A DNA stretch of 64,000 nt, taken from assembly GCA_964585945.1 (NCBI GenBank), contig CAZPGB010000019.1, positions 29,159 through 93,158 of the forward strand, given 5' to 3'. Source of the DNA: an uncultured bacterium. GTDB lineage: Bacteria > Eisenbacteria > RBG-16-71-46 > CAIMUX01 > WJJG01. Below are positions 1 to 9,816 of this stretch, in pieces (within the stretch, counting starts at the first letter, position 1; each line of letters opens with the position of its first letter). Below the pieces are notes generated by a model. That model worked only from the letters and a program-made list of their open reading frames with translations, was not told where the DNA came from and searched no databases. A program made the position numbers and the translations under genes.

Positions 1-835
1 GCGTGTAGCCCACGATCCATCCCGTGTGGTTGCCGGGCGCCAGTCCGGTCGCATCGGCGGTCACGGTGATATCGTAGCCGCCCGTCGGCGAGGTCACGAC
101 GTCCAGAAGGAGCCACGGGGCCTCGGGGTAGAAGATGACGTCGCACAGCGGATTGAGCCCGCTGGCCCACCCGTGGAACGTCGCCTCGGCGGTGCCCCCG
201 ACGGGCGCGGTCATGCGGATCAGGTCGGTGTCGGCGCGGGCCAGACACCGGTCGGCGAAGTCGCAGGGCACCGAGCAATCCCCGCAGCCCACCGCGGCGC
301 GCGCCTCGACCCCGTAGAGCCACATTGGGTTCCACCCCGCCAGCGTGACCGAGGCATCCGTGAAGACGAAACTGCCGGCCAGGGGCGGCACATCGAGCGT
401 GATGCGAGCAACGGGAAAGAACTCGCTCAGGCTGTAGGCGGAGCCCACGTCGATGGTCAACTCCATACCGTGGGGCGTGAGGCTCCATTCGGGGCTGCCG
501 CAGCAGACATCGATGCTGTGAAAGCTCCAGTCCTCCGACCACTCGATCTCGAAGGTGAATTGCTCGATCGGCTCGCTCATGGTCCCCAAGGGTTGATGGA
601 AGATGCCGAAGTCCACCAGCCCGCTCTCGCCCGCAACCTGCACGATCTGGTCGCAGGATGAGATCGTGGTCGCCGTGCAGAAATCGGGGTCGTGGGACTG
701 GACATGCGTGAAGACGGCCGCATCGGGGAGCGGATTGGCCACCGCGGGGCCGGTCCACAGGATGGGTGCACACGTCAGGATGAGTCCAGCCAGCGCGATT
801 CCTGGTCTTCCCGCGATGAATGGGACGCATCGCAT
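1..835 (-). CDS. Partial CDS (N-terminal part in window; continues past window start): secreted hypothetical protein with N-terminal signal peptide (MRCVPFIAGRPGIALAGLILTCAPILWTGPAVA)
   Basis: Hand translation of the minus strand from ATG at ~835 is open to position 1 with no stops. A GGAAGGAG RBS lies 8 nt upstream. The ORF track omits it because there is no stop in the window. The overlapping + ORF 26..661 is a Gly/Arg-rich antisense shadow. Confidence 0.5.
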   Translation of the reverse strand, partial: MRCVPFIAGRPGIALAGLILTCAPILWTGPAVANPLPDAAVFTHVQSHDPDFCTATTISSCDQIVQVAGESGLVDFGIFHQPLGTMSEPIEQFTFEIEWSEDWSFHSIDVCCGSPEWSLTPHGMELTIDVGSAYSLSEFFPVARITLDVPPLAGSFVFTDASVTLAGWNPMWLYGVEARAAVGCGDCSVPCDFADRCLARADTDLIRMTAPVGGTAEATFHGWASGLNPLCDVIFYPEAPWLLLDVVTSPTGGYDITVTADATGLAPGNHTGWIVGYT

Positions 836-1028
836 GGGTCCGCTCCTTCCGCCGGTCATCGCCAGCAATCTCGGGTTCGTATCTCGCCTCACCGGCCCGG
901 CCGTCGCCGAGGGAAAACCACCGGGACGCCACTCTCGTTTACATTCGTACTATAACATGAACGGGGGGTGGCGGGAAGCGAACACCTGAAGCATCTCGAG
1001 GAAACACCGCAAGCCCGAGAGAGCCGCT

Positions 1029-1811
1029 CTAGGCCGGCCTGCCCACCGGCGCCAGGTAGACGGTGAACTCGTCGGTTCCATCCACGCCCAGGAAGCCATC
1101 CATCGCCTCCTGGTCATAGGCCGCGATGGCGCAGGTGCCGGCGCCGATGGACTGGCAAGCCAGATAGAGGTTCTGGCAGACGTGACCGGCGTCGAGCGCG
1201 ATCACCTTGTGGGCTGCCAGACCGTAGCGCCACTCCATCCGGTACGGAATGGCGGTCCAGATGAAGGTCGCCGCGCAGTGGCCCGCAAACGCTTGGCCGC
1301 GGCACCCGCGGATCAGCTCGTCGGCCAGGCCCGGTCCACCGCGCTCGAAGACCAGCTCGTGGTCGCGGGGCAGATAGCGGTAGACCCCTTCGCCGAGCCC
1401 CTCCACGTGGCGGCAGTAGACGTACGTTTCCAACGCGTGCCGATTGCCGGCCGAGGGCACCGTCCGCAGCACGGCCCCCGGTCCCACGACCTGGCGCACG
1501 CCCTGCGTGGTCCAGAGCAGCAGCGAGAGCTCATCCGGCGAGAGCGGCGCCGTGGTGAAACGGCGCACGCTGCGGCGATCCGCGATCGCCTCGATCAACG
1601 CGAGTCGCCCCAGGTCGCTTGCACGCAGATCACCGGGCGGCGTCAGCGCCGTGCGCCCGGCCCCCGGCTCCGCAGGCTTCTGGATGGGGGGCGCGGGAAC
1701 ACCGCGGCTCTGGTCGGTGGACGTGAAATCGACCCTGTCCCGGATCGTGTCCTTCAACAGGAACCGGAATCGTTTCAGGCTTCCGTCCGGCATCGAGATT
1801 TCAGAGCTCAT
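1029..1811 (-). CDS. SagB-type dehydrogenase / nitroreductase-family protein
   Basis: Motifs RRSVRRF...LSPDELSLLLWTTQGV and the C-terminal CAIAAYDQ...GVDG...FTVYLAPVGRP are typical of the nitroreductase-fold SagB/ThcOx family. Confidence 0.65.
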   Translation of the reverse strand: MSSEISMPDGSLKRFRFLLKDTIRDRVDFTSTDQSRGVPAPPIQKPAEPGAGRTALTPPGDLRASDLGRLALIEAIADRRSVRRFTTAPLSPDELSLLLWTTQGVRQVVGPGAVLRTVPSAGNRHALETYVYCRHVEGLGEGVYRYLPRDHELVFERGGPGLADELIRGCRGQAFAGHCAATFIWTAIPYRMEWRYGLAAHKVIALDAGHVCQNLYLACQSIGAGTCAIAAYDQEAMDGFLGVDGTDEFTVYLAPVGRPA

Positions 1812-1880
1812 TCTCCGCTCCTTCGTTTGCGTCCCCGCATCCCGCGCCGGACGATCCTGCGGCCACGGGCCATTCCGGCG

Positions 1881-4100
1881 CTAGCGCACGATCAGCGTGC
1901 GCGCCGCCTGGGCGCCCGCGCTGTGCACGCGAACGAAATAGACCCCCGCCCCCACCGACCCGACGCCGCGGCCGGTCGCATTCCAAAGGGTCTCATGGAC
2001 ACCCCGGCGGTGCAGCCCGTCGGCGACCACGGCGATCAACCGTCCGGACACGTCATGCACCTCTACGCGCGCCCAACCGTCCGCCGGCACGCGATAGGTG
2101 AGACGGGCGGATGCGCGGACCGGATTGGGCGTGGCGCGCAACGACAGACTCCTGCGGCTCGCAGCGACCACTCCCCCACCCGCAATCCCCGACGTTTGAG
2201 GGTCGATCTCATCCAAGAACCAAGCCGCGTTCTCGGGTGTGATCGCCACGTGTTCCTGGTTCTCGAGCGGGAAGTAGACCGCGTCGAATGGCGTGCGATC
2301 GAGCAGGTTCGGATCGCCCACGATGTCGTAGAACAGGTCGTCGGTGTCCAGCGCGAGAGCGCTGACGGTCGGGATGAACGCGTGATTGTCGTGCAGCGCC
2401 ACGATGTCTCCGTAGGGCGCCTCCACCGAATCCATCTGGGCCATGCTTCCCCGCCAGCCCCCGGGCGCGTTGTCGAACGGCCGGGTGAGCGACACGGTGA
2501 CAGACTGCTCCTCGGCCGGCAGCAGCACGAAGTCGATCAACCCTTCGAAGATCCGCCCGCTCACCTCGTTGGGCACCGCCCAGACGTTGCCGGTGATGTC
2601 GACGAGGAAGCTCTCGTACTCCCACCGGATGATCTGTTCGGTGGGAGCGAACCCCTGATCCTGTTGCGCGCCGCTCCCGTTGGCCACCGCCACCCGTCGC
2701 GGCATCGACGGGTAGGAGTCGAGCGCCGCGAGCTCATCGAGCAACACCTGCCGCAGCGGATCGCTCTGCCCCGTTCCCCCAGGAGGATCGGTGTGGTGGT
2801 AGACCAACATCTGCCGGGCGGCGGGGGAATCCAGCCCGGCCAGCAGCGCCGCGGCCTCCTCGGAGACCTGGGCAAAGAAGGCCACCCAGTACTGGATGCC
2901 CAGCGGGATGTTGGCTCCCTGCTGCGGCGCGTCGAACGAGATGAAGGTGCGCACGGAATGCGCAAGGCCCTGCTGCTCCATGTAGGCCAAGGCGTAGCGG
3001 CCCACGAGCCCGCCCATGCTGGCGCCGACCAGAACGAATTCGCGCTCGGGCGCGATAAGAGAGCGGATCTGCTCGACCAGCTCCACGGTCAGGAACGCAT
3101 TGCGCTGGATGTAGTCGACGCCGTCGGCGAAGTCGAGCACGACCAGATCGTAGCCCCTCGTCCGCAGGGTCTCGAGAAGCTCCTCCCGATTGAGCAAGGC
3201 ATACAACTCGTCCCATCCCATGGAGTTGTCGATGTCGAAACCCTCGAGGATCACCACCGGGTTGGTGAGGGCCGTGTGGAGATCGGAGAGGTAGACGTAG
3301 GCTTCGCCGCCTGCAAGCGCACCCAGGTAGGGAATCGTGGCCTGGACATGCAGCGTGTCGTCAGGCGTGGGCGCATCCAGGCGGCGCACATCGAAGACGA
3401 ACGCTGCGGCCAGGGGCACGCCGCCACGCTCCGAGGCGATGCGCAGCCGGACCGTCTTGAGACCAGCTTCCCCGTAGCGCACGGTGTGAATGCGTCCCCA
3501 GTCCAACGTCACCCAACCGCGTCCATCGGCGAAATCGGCCGCGACATCCGGAAGATCGGGATGGAGGTTGGTGAAGAAGTCCTCGGCCGCCAGGCGGAAG
3601 TCGACCCGGTGGCCGCGATAAGTGTGGGCCCGGAGGGCGGTGGCGGCAACCACGCGCTCGGCTTCCAGCGCGTTGTCGAGATCGCCCGGCCGGGTCCCGG
3701 TTCGCGCGGCCTCTTCCCACAGCTCCGGCGTTACCCGCTCGTAGGCGTAGTCGAGGACGGCCAGCGGGATGATGGATCGGCGCAGCGAGCTTTGCGCGCG
3801 CTTCAGCACAGCGGGCAAGGCCGGCAGACGGGGCGGATCGGGGGGGGCGGCGCGCAGCTCGTGATAGATCTGCCGCCAGTCGCGCTCCGAGGCGGCCGGC
3901 GCGCCCGGAGATCCGTCGAACCTCGCGGCCAGGCCGGAAGGCAGGAGGCGAAGCATGTCGGCCTGGAACCGCTCACGCTGCTCGGCGCCCGGCTCACTAC
4001 CCGGTCCCCGCGCGTGGGATGGACCGATCGCGGCCACCGCCAGAGCCACGGCGCACAGCCATGCCAGACGCCTGCCCGCGGGTCGCATCACTCGAATCAT
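1881..4100 (-). CDS. Secreted alpha/beta-hydrolase (lipase/esterase-like, GASMGG nucleophile elbow) with C-terminal T9SS sorting domain
   Basis: The true start is probably the internal MIRVMRPAGRRLAWLCAVALAVAAIGPSHA signal peptide with a GGGAGGG RBS at ~4100. It carries a GxSxG motif (VLVGASMGGLVGRYA). The C-terminus (RLTYRVPADGWARVEVHDVSGRLIAVV...GVYFVRVHSAGAQAARTLIVR) matches the Por_Secre_tail / FlgD-Ig-like CTD. Confidence 0.75.
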   Translation of the reverse strand: MIRVMRPAGRRLAWLCAVALAVAAIGPSHARGPGSEPGAEQRERFQADMLRLLPSGLAARFDGSPGAPAASERDWRQIYHELRAAPPDPPRLPALPAVLKRAQSSLRRSIIPLAVLDYAYERVTPELWEEAARTGTRPGDLDNALEAERVVAATALRAHTYRGHRVDFRLAAEDFFTNLHPDLPDVAADFADGRGWVTLDWGRIHTVRYGEAGLKTVRLRIASERGGVPLAAAFVFDVRRLDAPTPDDTLHVQATIPYLGALAGGEAYVYLSDLHTALTNPVVILEGFDIDNSMGWDELYALLNREELLETLRTRGYDLVVLDFADGVDYIQRNAFLTVELVEQIRSLIAPEREFVLVGASMGGLVGRYALAYMEQQGLAHSVRTFISFDAPQQGANIPLGIQYWVAFFAQVSEEAAALLAGLDSPAARQMLVYHHTDPPGGTGQSDPLRQVLLDELAALDSYPSMPRRVAVANGSGAQQDQGFAPTEQIIRWEYESFLVDITGNVWAVPNEVSGRIFEGLIDFVLLPAEEQSVTVSLTRPFDNAPGGWRGSMAQMDSVEAPYGDIVALHDNHAFIPTVSALALDTDDLFYDIVGDPNLLDRTPFDAVYFPLENQEHVAITPENAAWFLDEIDPQTSGIAGGGVVAASRRSLSLRATPNPVRASARLTYRVPADGWARVEVHDVSGRLIAVVADGLHRRGVHETLWNATGRGVGSVGAGVYFVRVHSAGAQAARTLIVR

Positions 4101-4329
4101 GGTTCCCTCCCGGGGTGGCGCGATCGAGTCCGCGACAGCCCTCCTCAGCGAATCGGCACCCCCAGCATACCGCGATCGTGGGCACCCGTTCCGTCGAATT
4201 CGGGCCCCGGCGGTGCGCCTCCAGCACCGGAGACGGCGTCTCGGGAACCGGTCACAGTCGCGCGGGTGATGCGTATTCCCTGCAGGAATGGGGGCCGTGG
4301 CCCCGAGACCTCGAACGCAGGAGAGTGTC

Positions 4330-5436
4330 ATGAACGCCAAACACAATAGATGGTTTCTGTTGCGGGCGCTGCCGCTCGCGCTGATCGGCCTGAGCTGGGG
4401 CTGCTCGGTCGAGTCGGTAGATCACTACGCCTATCCGTCGGATGGGGCCGGGTCGCAGGTGGATGTCACCGGGCCCTGGCAGCAGTTCGAAAAGCCCTCC
4501 GATGAGGAGATCCGTGCCCAGCTCGACGACGTGCAGTATCGCGTGACCCAGCACGACGGCACCGAGCCGGCCTTCCAGAATGCCTACTGGGACAACCACG
4601 AGGAAGGCATCTACGTCGACATCCTCTCGGGCGAGCCTCTGTTCAGCTCTCTCGGCAAGTTCGATTCGGGCACCGGCTGGCCCAGCTTCACGCGTCCCCT
4701 CGTGGGCGAGAACGTCGTGGAGCTCGAGGACGGGCACGTGGGTCTGAAACGCACCGAGGTGCGCTCCCGCTACGCGGACTCCCACCTCGGCCACGTCTTC
4801 CCCGACGGCCCACAGCCGACGGGCCTGCGCTATTGCATCAACTCGGCCGCGCTGCGTTTCATTTCCGTGGACCGCTTGGCGGAGGAAGGCTACGGCGCGT
4901 TCGCCGTGCTGTTCGATTCCGCGAACATGGAGGGAGCGATGATGTCGCACGGACGAGAGGTCGCCATCCTGGCCGGAGGCTGCTTCTGGGGCATGGAGGA
5001 CATCCTGCGGGAGATCCCCGGCGTGATCGAGACCGAGGTCGGCTACACGGGCGGTCACGTGGAGAACCCCACCTACCGGGACGTGAGCCGCGGCGACAGC
5101 GGGCACACCGAGGCGATCCGCGTGGTCTTCGACGCGGGCGTCCTGAGCTACGAGGAGCTTCTCGGTTACTTCTTCCGCATGCACGATCCGACGACGCGCA
5201 ACCGGCAGGGCAACGACGTGGGGACGCAGTACCGGTCGGCGATCTTCTACCTCGACGAACGCCAGCGGCAGACCGCCGAGCGCGTCAGGCAGGAGGTGGA
5301 TCGCTCGGGCAAGTGGCCCAGTCCCATCGTCACGGCCATCGTGCCGGCCGTGACCTTCTACCCTGCCGAGGAGTATCACCAGGATTATCTGGAGAAGAAC
5401 CCGGGCGGCTATACCTGCCACTATCTGCGCGACTAG
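4330..5436 (+). CDS. Peptide methionine sulfoxide reductase MsrB-MsrA fusion with N-terminal signal peptide (possible lipoprotein)
   Basis: MsrB motifs: [13 protein letters not shown]...GWPSF...[21 protein letters not shown]...RYCINSAAL. MsrA motifs: [13 protein letters not shown]...[15 protein letters not shown]...[11 protein letters not shown]...QYRSAIFY. The start was chosen at [26 protein letters not shown]. Confidence 0.85.
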   Translation: MNAKHNRWFLLRALPLALIGLSWGCSVESVDHYAYPSDGAGSQVDVTGPWQQFEKPSDEEIRAQLDDVQYRVTQHDGTEPAFQNAYWDNHEEGIYVDILSGEPLFSSLGKFDSGTGWPSFTRPLVGENVVELEDGHVGLKRTEVRSRYADSHLGHVFPDGPQPTGLRYCINSAALRFISVDRLAEEGYGAFAVLFDSANMEGAMMSHGREVAILAGGCFWGMEDILREIPGVIETEVGYTGGHVENPTYRDVSRGDSGHTEAIRVVFDAGVLSYEELLGYFFRMHDPTTRNRQGNDVGTQYRSAIFYLDERQRQTAERVRQEVDRSGKWPSPIVTAIVPAVTFYPAEEYHQDYLEKNPGGYTCHYLRD

Positions 5437-5546
5437 GAGCGACCTGGCCGACAACGAAGAGGGCGAGCGCTACCGCCGAAGCGGAGGCGCTCGCCCTGTG
5501 CCTTGTCTGCCGGAGCCGCGGCCGTGCGGCCTTCCGGCCACTCGAT

Positions 5547-7592
5547 CTACTGCACGACCACCAACCTGGCGCTGTCGGTTCCGTCGACGGTGGTGAGACG
5601 GGCGTAGTAAACGCCCGCCGCGACCGGCTGACCGGTCGCGTTACGGCCGTCCCAGGCGACGCTGACCTCGCCGGGGGTCACCGACCCGTTCCACAGGCTG
5701 CGCACCAACCGGCCGTTCAGATCGAGCACATCGAAGTGCACGTCCCCACCGGCGGCCCGGTCGGACAGCCGGAGCTGGAACGTCGCCGACTGGCCCGCGG
5801 CCACCCGCAGCGGATTCGACCGCACGGCGCTGATCCGCGAGCTGCTCCTGGCCACCGGCAGCTCGCCAACGCTCTGCCCCTGAAGCTCCGTCAGCCACTG
5901 GATGGCGCGGTCGAGCAGGGTGGCCATGTTGTTCGGATCGGGGTGCGTTTCGATCGAGGTGCAGGGGAAGACGCACGTGATCGAGCGATGCGTGTCGAAC
6001 TCGGCGCGCACCGCGGTGGGCAATCCGATCTCCTGGTAGAAGATGATCTCGGCATCGGCGGTGGGCGTGATCGTGTCGGCCCGGTTGTGGCCAGAGTAGA
6101 TGTACCAGAGCGTGAGGTCCATGCCGTCGCTGATCGGATCGCCGCTCACCCCCACGGCCTGCTCGGCGTCGGTGTTGGTGGTGAACTGGTCGATGCCGAG
6201 ATAGTCGGTGAGGAAGGGGTCGCCCGCCGTCCAGTAGTTGAGGAAGTCCTGGCTGGAGAGGAAGACGCCCGTGCCGTGGTCCATCGCCGCCTGCAGGGCC
6301 TCGGCCTCGCTGGGCGTGACGGGCTCGTAGCCGGCCCAGCCGTTCTCCCAGATGATGACGTCGTAGCCGATCACGTCATCCGGAGCGGGAGAGACGCCCG
6401 ACATCTCACCGTGAACGTCCCAGTGGATGTAGAGATAGCCGTTCGCCTCCAGCCCCTCGATGTAGGGCTGCTCGTTGGGAAACGTCGAGTGGGAGTTGGC
6501 GTCGTCATCCACGAGCAGAATCGCGTAGCTGCCGTTGAAGACCGACACGGTGTTGATCTGGATGCGCTCGGAGACCTGGGACTCGGCCCGCAGCCCCCCC
6601 TCACGGATCTCGCCGGCCCCGTCGGTGTTCACCCGCAGGTAGACCTCCACCGACTCGGTGGGGTCGAGCGGCACGACGCTCGGCGTGGAGTGGTATCCGG
6701 CCTCGCCCTCAACCATGAACTCGGTGGGCCAGCCGAAGGTGTCCTCCAGGCTGACCGTGATCTGATCGCTCTCGTCGCCGATGTTGGTCAGCGTGGCGGT
6801 GAACTCGGCGGTGCCGTTGCCGTCGGGGACCGACGCGACCGCGGCATGGAAGCCGAACTCGAAGTCGAGCACCATGGGGAACTCGGCCGAGTTGTACATC
6901 TCCTTGTCGCCGGTCATCTTCTGCAGGAACCCAAGGCAGTGGATGTTCTCGAGATTCCAGGAGGGGTCCACGGGGAAGTCGAAGGTCACCACCTGGTAGT
7001 CACCGGGGTTGATCAGGGTGACCGCCTCGTGGTACTCCGCCCGCACGATGTGGTCATAGACGTTGCCGATGTGCGCCACGTCATCCTCGAGCACCATCAA
7101 ATACGCGCGGGGGCTGAGCAGGGTCACCGGATCGTCCAGAGTGAAGGTCGCCATCACCGACACCGCGTCCGATCCGGGTACGTAGGAGCCCTCAATCGCG
7201 ACCGGCGCCACGCCGCCGGTTTCGGACAGGCGCATGTTGATGTAGTTGCGGTAGGTGGCGGCAGCACCCGAACAGGAGCTGGCCCCGACGGCCGCGTACT
7301 TGCCGTCGATCCGCACGTGCGGAACACCCGAGACATTGTAGAAGGAGGTCCGTTCCCCCACGGTGGGAATGTTCAGACCGCCCGAAGTATGCCATTCGGC
7401 GACCAGGAGTTGACCGGGAAACTCGCCAAGGACCGTTTCTAGCCCGCACCGGGCATAGGGGCAGTAGCCTCAGCTCGGATACCCGAAACCTTCCGCCAGA
7501 ATGACCCGCGGCACCGACGCTTCCGTCGCCGGCGTCGCCGCCAACGCCAGGACCGCGCCGAGCGCAGCCAGCACAGCAATCCTCGTCCTCAT
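5547..7592 (-). CDS. Secreted thioredoxin-fold protein with in-frame UGA (candidate selenocysteine, S-U-G-Y-C motif), CARDB-like middle domain and C-terminal T9SS sorting domain
   Basis: Signal-peptide ORF 7470..7673 (MRTRIAVLAALGAVLALAATPATEA, GGAAAGGAG RBS) and ORF 5547..7361 are in the same frame, separated only by TGA at 7470..7472. There is no ATG between them, and the 604-aa ORF 'starts' at an internal GTG. Reading through gives RVILAEGFGYPS-U-GYCPY, which aligns to thioredoxin VLVDFWATWCGPC. A GVPHVRIDG cis-Pro loop follows. The middle domain is CARDB-like (FTATLTNIGDESDQITVSL). The CTD is ...HFDVLDLNGRLVRSLWNGS...GVYYARLTTVDG. Confidence 0.55.
7439..7458 (-). other. SECIS-like bulged stem-loop 11 nt downstream of the in-frame UGA
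   Basis: mRNA CUA(U)GCCCG-GUG-CGGGCUAG forms an 8-bp stem with a bulged U and a GUG apical loop. It starts 11 nt after UGA, the same spacing as the E. coli fdhF SECIS. Confidence 0.3.
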
Positions 7593-7837
7593 CTGCAGCT
7601 CCTTTCCGGAGGTCCATCCACCGGCGGAGCGGAGACCCGCTGTTGGAGGGAAGCAGCACGCCCGCACCGCCACGACCCGTTCTCTGATGCCGGTACAATG
7701 GTAGCGAAGCGATGCGCGTCAGGGCAAGGCGGATGCACGCGTTGCGGCGCCGAGCGCGCGCGAGGCGTGGACCACACAACCAGAGCTAGATGCAAATTGT
7801 TGCATCACAGGGTGGACACGTTCGGGTAGGTGCGCGC

Positions 7838-8806
7838 CTAGGCCTCGCGCGGGATACGGTCCGGTTCGGAGATGCCTTGCCGGATCCAACCGGCCGCCAC
7901 GCGGCCGTTGTAGCCCTGTTCGTACCACTTCGACGCCACCGCCTGCTCGATCCCGCGCCATGCATAGGTGGCGGCGCCGAGCGGATCGGGGATGCCCGCG
8001 TCGATCCAGGCCTGCGACTCCTCCGGTCCCATGCCGGCCAGACGCCATCCCGCCGCGTCCGCAGGGGCGAAGCCGCCGCGCTTCCAGGGTACCGCCTCAG
8101 CTTCCGGGATTCCGGCGTCGGCGTAGTCGAACCGGTTGCGCAGCAGGCCGAAGACACTGCGGACGTCGACCGCGCGGCGACCAACGGCGACCGGATCGGT
8201 CAGCGTGAGATCCAGGAGGCCTGCCGCCGCCGCCTCGTCGATCTCACCCTCCATCCGCTGGAACCGTTCGAACAGGGCGTTGGCCTCGGCCGTTTCGCGC
8301 CGGCAATAGAGCAGATGCTGGCGCCAACGGTCGGCGACCTCTTCGCGATCCAGGATCTCCCCGTAGGCTATGAGACCCTGAACGAAGTGCTGCCGGGCGT
8401 AAGCGGCTTCGCAGGAATTGGCCACCCGCAACGCACGACGAACGCCGTCGCGGAGGATGGACTCGACGCTGGAGCTGGCCAGCAACTCCTGCATGAGACC
8501 GTCGAGCCGCTTCTGAGCGACCTCCAACAACCGGCAGGCCTTCGACGCCTCTCCCTCGACGCCTTCCTGATGGAAACGATAGCGCATGAGGGGCTCATGA
8601 CGCTGGAACATGGCCCACCACTCGCTGATCTTGTCGAGCACGTTGGCGGTGTTCTTCATCTTCTCTTCGCGGTCGGAGGCCTGCGAGAGAACCCCGAAGA
8701 CGTTCTCATAGACGTACATGCCCTGATAGGAAGCGCTGAGCGTGTTGATGAAGGCATGGGTGAGGTTGAGGTCGCCCAGAAGCTCCTCGCCAAGCGAATG
8801 TGTCAT
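7838..8806 (-). CDS. Hypothetical protein with C-terminal Trp/Ala/Gly-rich repeats
   Basis: Internal start MTHSLGEELL is preceded by a GAGGGGGG RBS. No recognisable domain. The C-terminus carries ~3 degenerate repeats (AxxWxxxGxxxxAAxW). Confidence 0.45.
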   Translation of the reverse strand: MTHSLGEELLGDLNLTHAFINTLSASYQGMYVYENVFGVLSQASDREEKMKNTANVLDKISEWWAMFQRHEPLMRYRFHQEGVEGEASKACRLLEVAQKRLDGLMQELLASSSVESILRDGVRRALRVANSCEAAYARQHFVQGLIAYGEILDREEVADRWRQHLLYCRRETAEANALFERFQRMEGEIDEAAAAGLLDLTLTDPVAVGRRAVDVRSVFGLLRNRFDYADAGIPEAEAVPWKRGGFAPADAAGWRLAGMGPEESQAWIDAGIPDPLGAATYAWRGIEQAVASKWYEQGYNGRVAAGWIRQGISEPDRIPREA

Positions 8807-8961
8807 GATTCCCCCCTCGGTGCTCGCATTCGGCCAACCGTCTTGAAGGATCGGCCGGTCCGGGGGGTTCCTTTGCCCTCGACGGGGCGCTGCTAGCGAG
8901 GTCCCAGCAAGACCACCGGGCGGGGCGCCTGAGGCGACGCCCCGCCGCACGTCAGCACCGA

Positions 8962-9480
8962 TTACTCACCACCGAGAGTGATCGTCACGTCGAATTCCCA
9001 ATCCCGCTGGAAGTCGGGATTCATCTCCGGCACACCGAAGTAGGTGGCCACCACTTCGAAGTACAGATCCGGCTGGTTGTCGAAGTAGCCGGAGAAGGTG
9101 AGCTCGAACTCCAGTTCCCCAGTCGTCTGATCGTACGAGGAGACGTTGATGGCCGTGATATCGCTGGCCTTCAGCGCCTTCCTCTCCAGCCACGGCCCCT
9201 GCGAGTTGAGCGTCAACCGGCCGTCCACGTAGGTGGTCGTCCACTGGTTGGGACCTGGACCGGGCTCGGTGGACTCGAGCGTGGCCTGGTTGAACATGAA
9301 GCCCTGTCCCGTGGCCATCAGCGTGTTTCCGGGCTGCCCGGGACCTCCGCCCTTGAACATCTCCTTCCAGAAGTGAACCGTGAAGTCCCCCGCCTGAGTG
9401 CTCCACGTCTCGGCGGTCGCGGACACCGCGAACAGCAGCGCAAAGGCACACAACCCAGACACGAGCGCAAACCTCTTCAT
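8962..9480 (-). CDS. Small secreted protein (signal peptide MKRFALVSGLCAFALLFAVSATAET), unknown function
   Basis: Has an AAGGAGG RBS and a clean signal peptide. Local GC and codon usage are coding-like. Confidence 0.6.
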   Translation of the reverse strand: MKRFALVSGLCAFALLFAVSATAETWSTQAGDFTVHFWKEMFKGGGPGQPGNTLMATGQGFMFNQATLESTEPGPGPNQWTTTYVDGRLTLNSQGPWLERKALKASDITAINVSSYDQTTGELEFELTFSGYFDNQPDLYFEVVATYFGVPEMNPDFQRDWEFDVTITLGGE

Positions 9481-9816
9481 GACAAAGCCTCCTTATTCAG
9501 CAGCCCCCGGTCGTGCGGCTGGTGCGGGCGGAGTGTTGCAGATGAGACGATGGCATCGTCGGCCGCGAACACATGAGTCCCGTTCGCACGAGCCTGCGGT
9601 GAGCTCGTTCGCGGCACAGTTGGGTAGGACCAGAGAATCCTAGCCAATGGGGCTTGGCGCTGTCAACGAGCCCATCGCGTCTCTCAAGGCGATGTTGCAT
9701 CCGTAAGCCGACATCGGGCCATCGATCCTTGACCTGCTGCAAAGGCGGGCCCAGCATGCCCGCCAGAGGGATCTTCCCCCCAAGAAGGAGGGTGCGAAGA
9801 GGTTAGGAGGAACCCC

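Noticed and set aside
26-661. 211-aa + ORF at the window start
   Set aside because: Antisense to the better-supported partial secreted-protein CDS (RBS plus signal peptide on the minus strand).
4833-7442. 869-aa + strand ORF
   Set aside because: Antisense shadow of the Trx-like/T9SS gene. Low-complexity Arg/Gly/Pro composition with no domains.
7470-7472. In-frame TGA as evidence of genome-wide UGA recoding or a simple pseudogene
   Set aside because: Other genes here terminate at TGA, immediately followed by coupled starts (glgE/treS, kinase/HEAT-PPIase), so global recoding is unlikely. A pseudogene cannot be excluded, but the exact placement at the thioredoxin active-site Cys plus a SECIS-like hairpin favours Sec.
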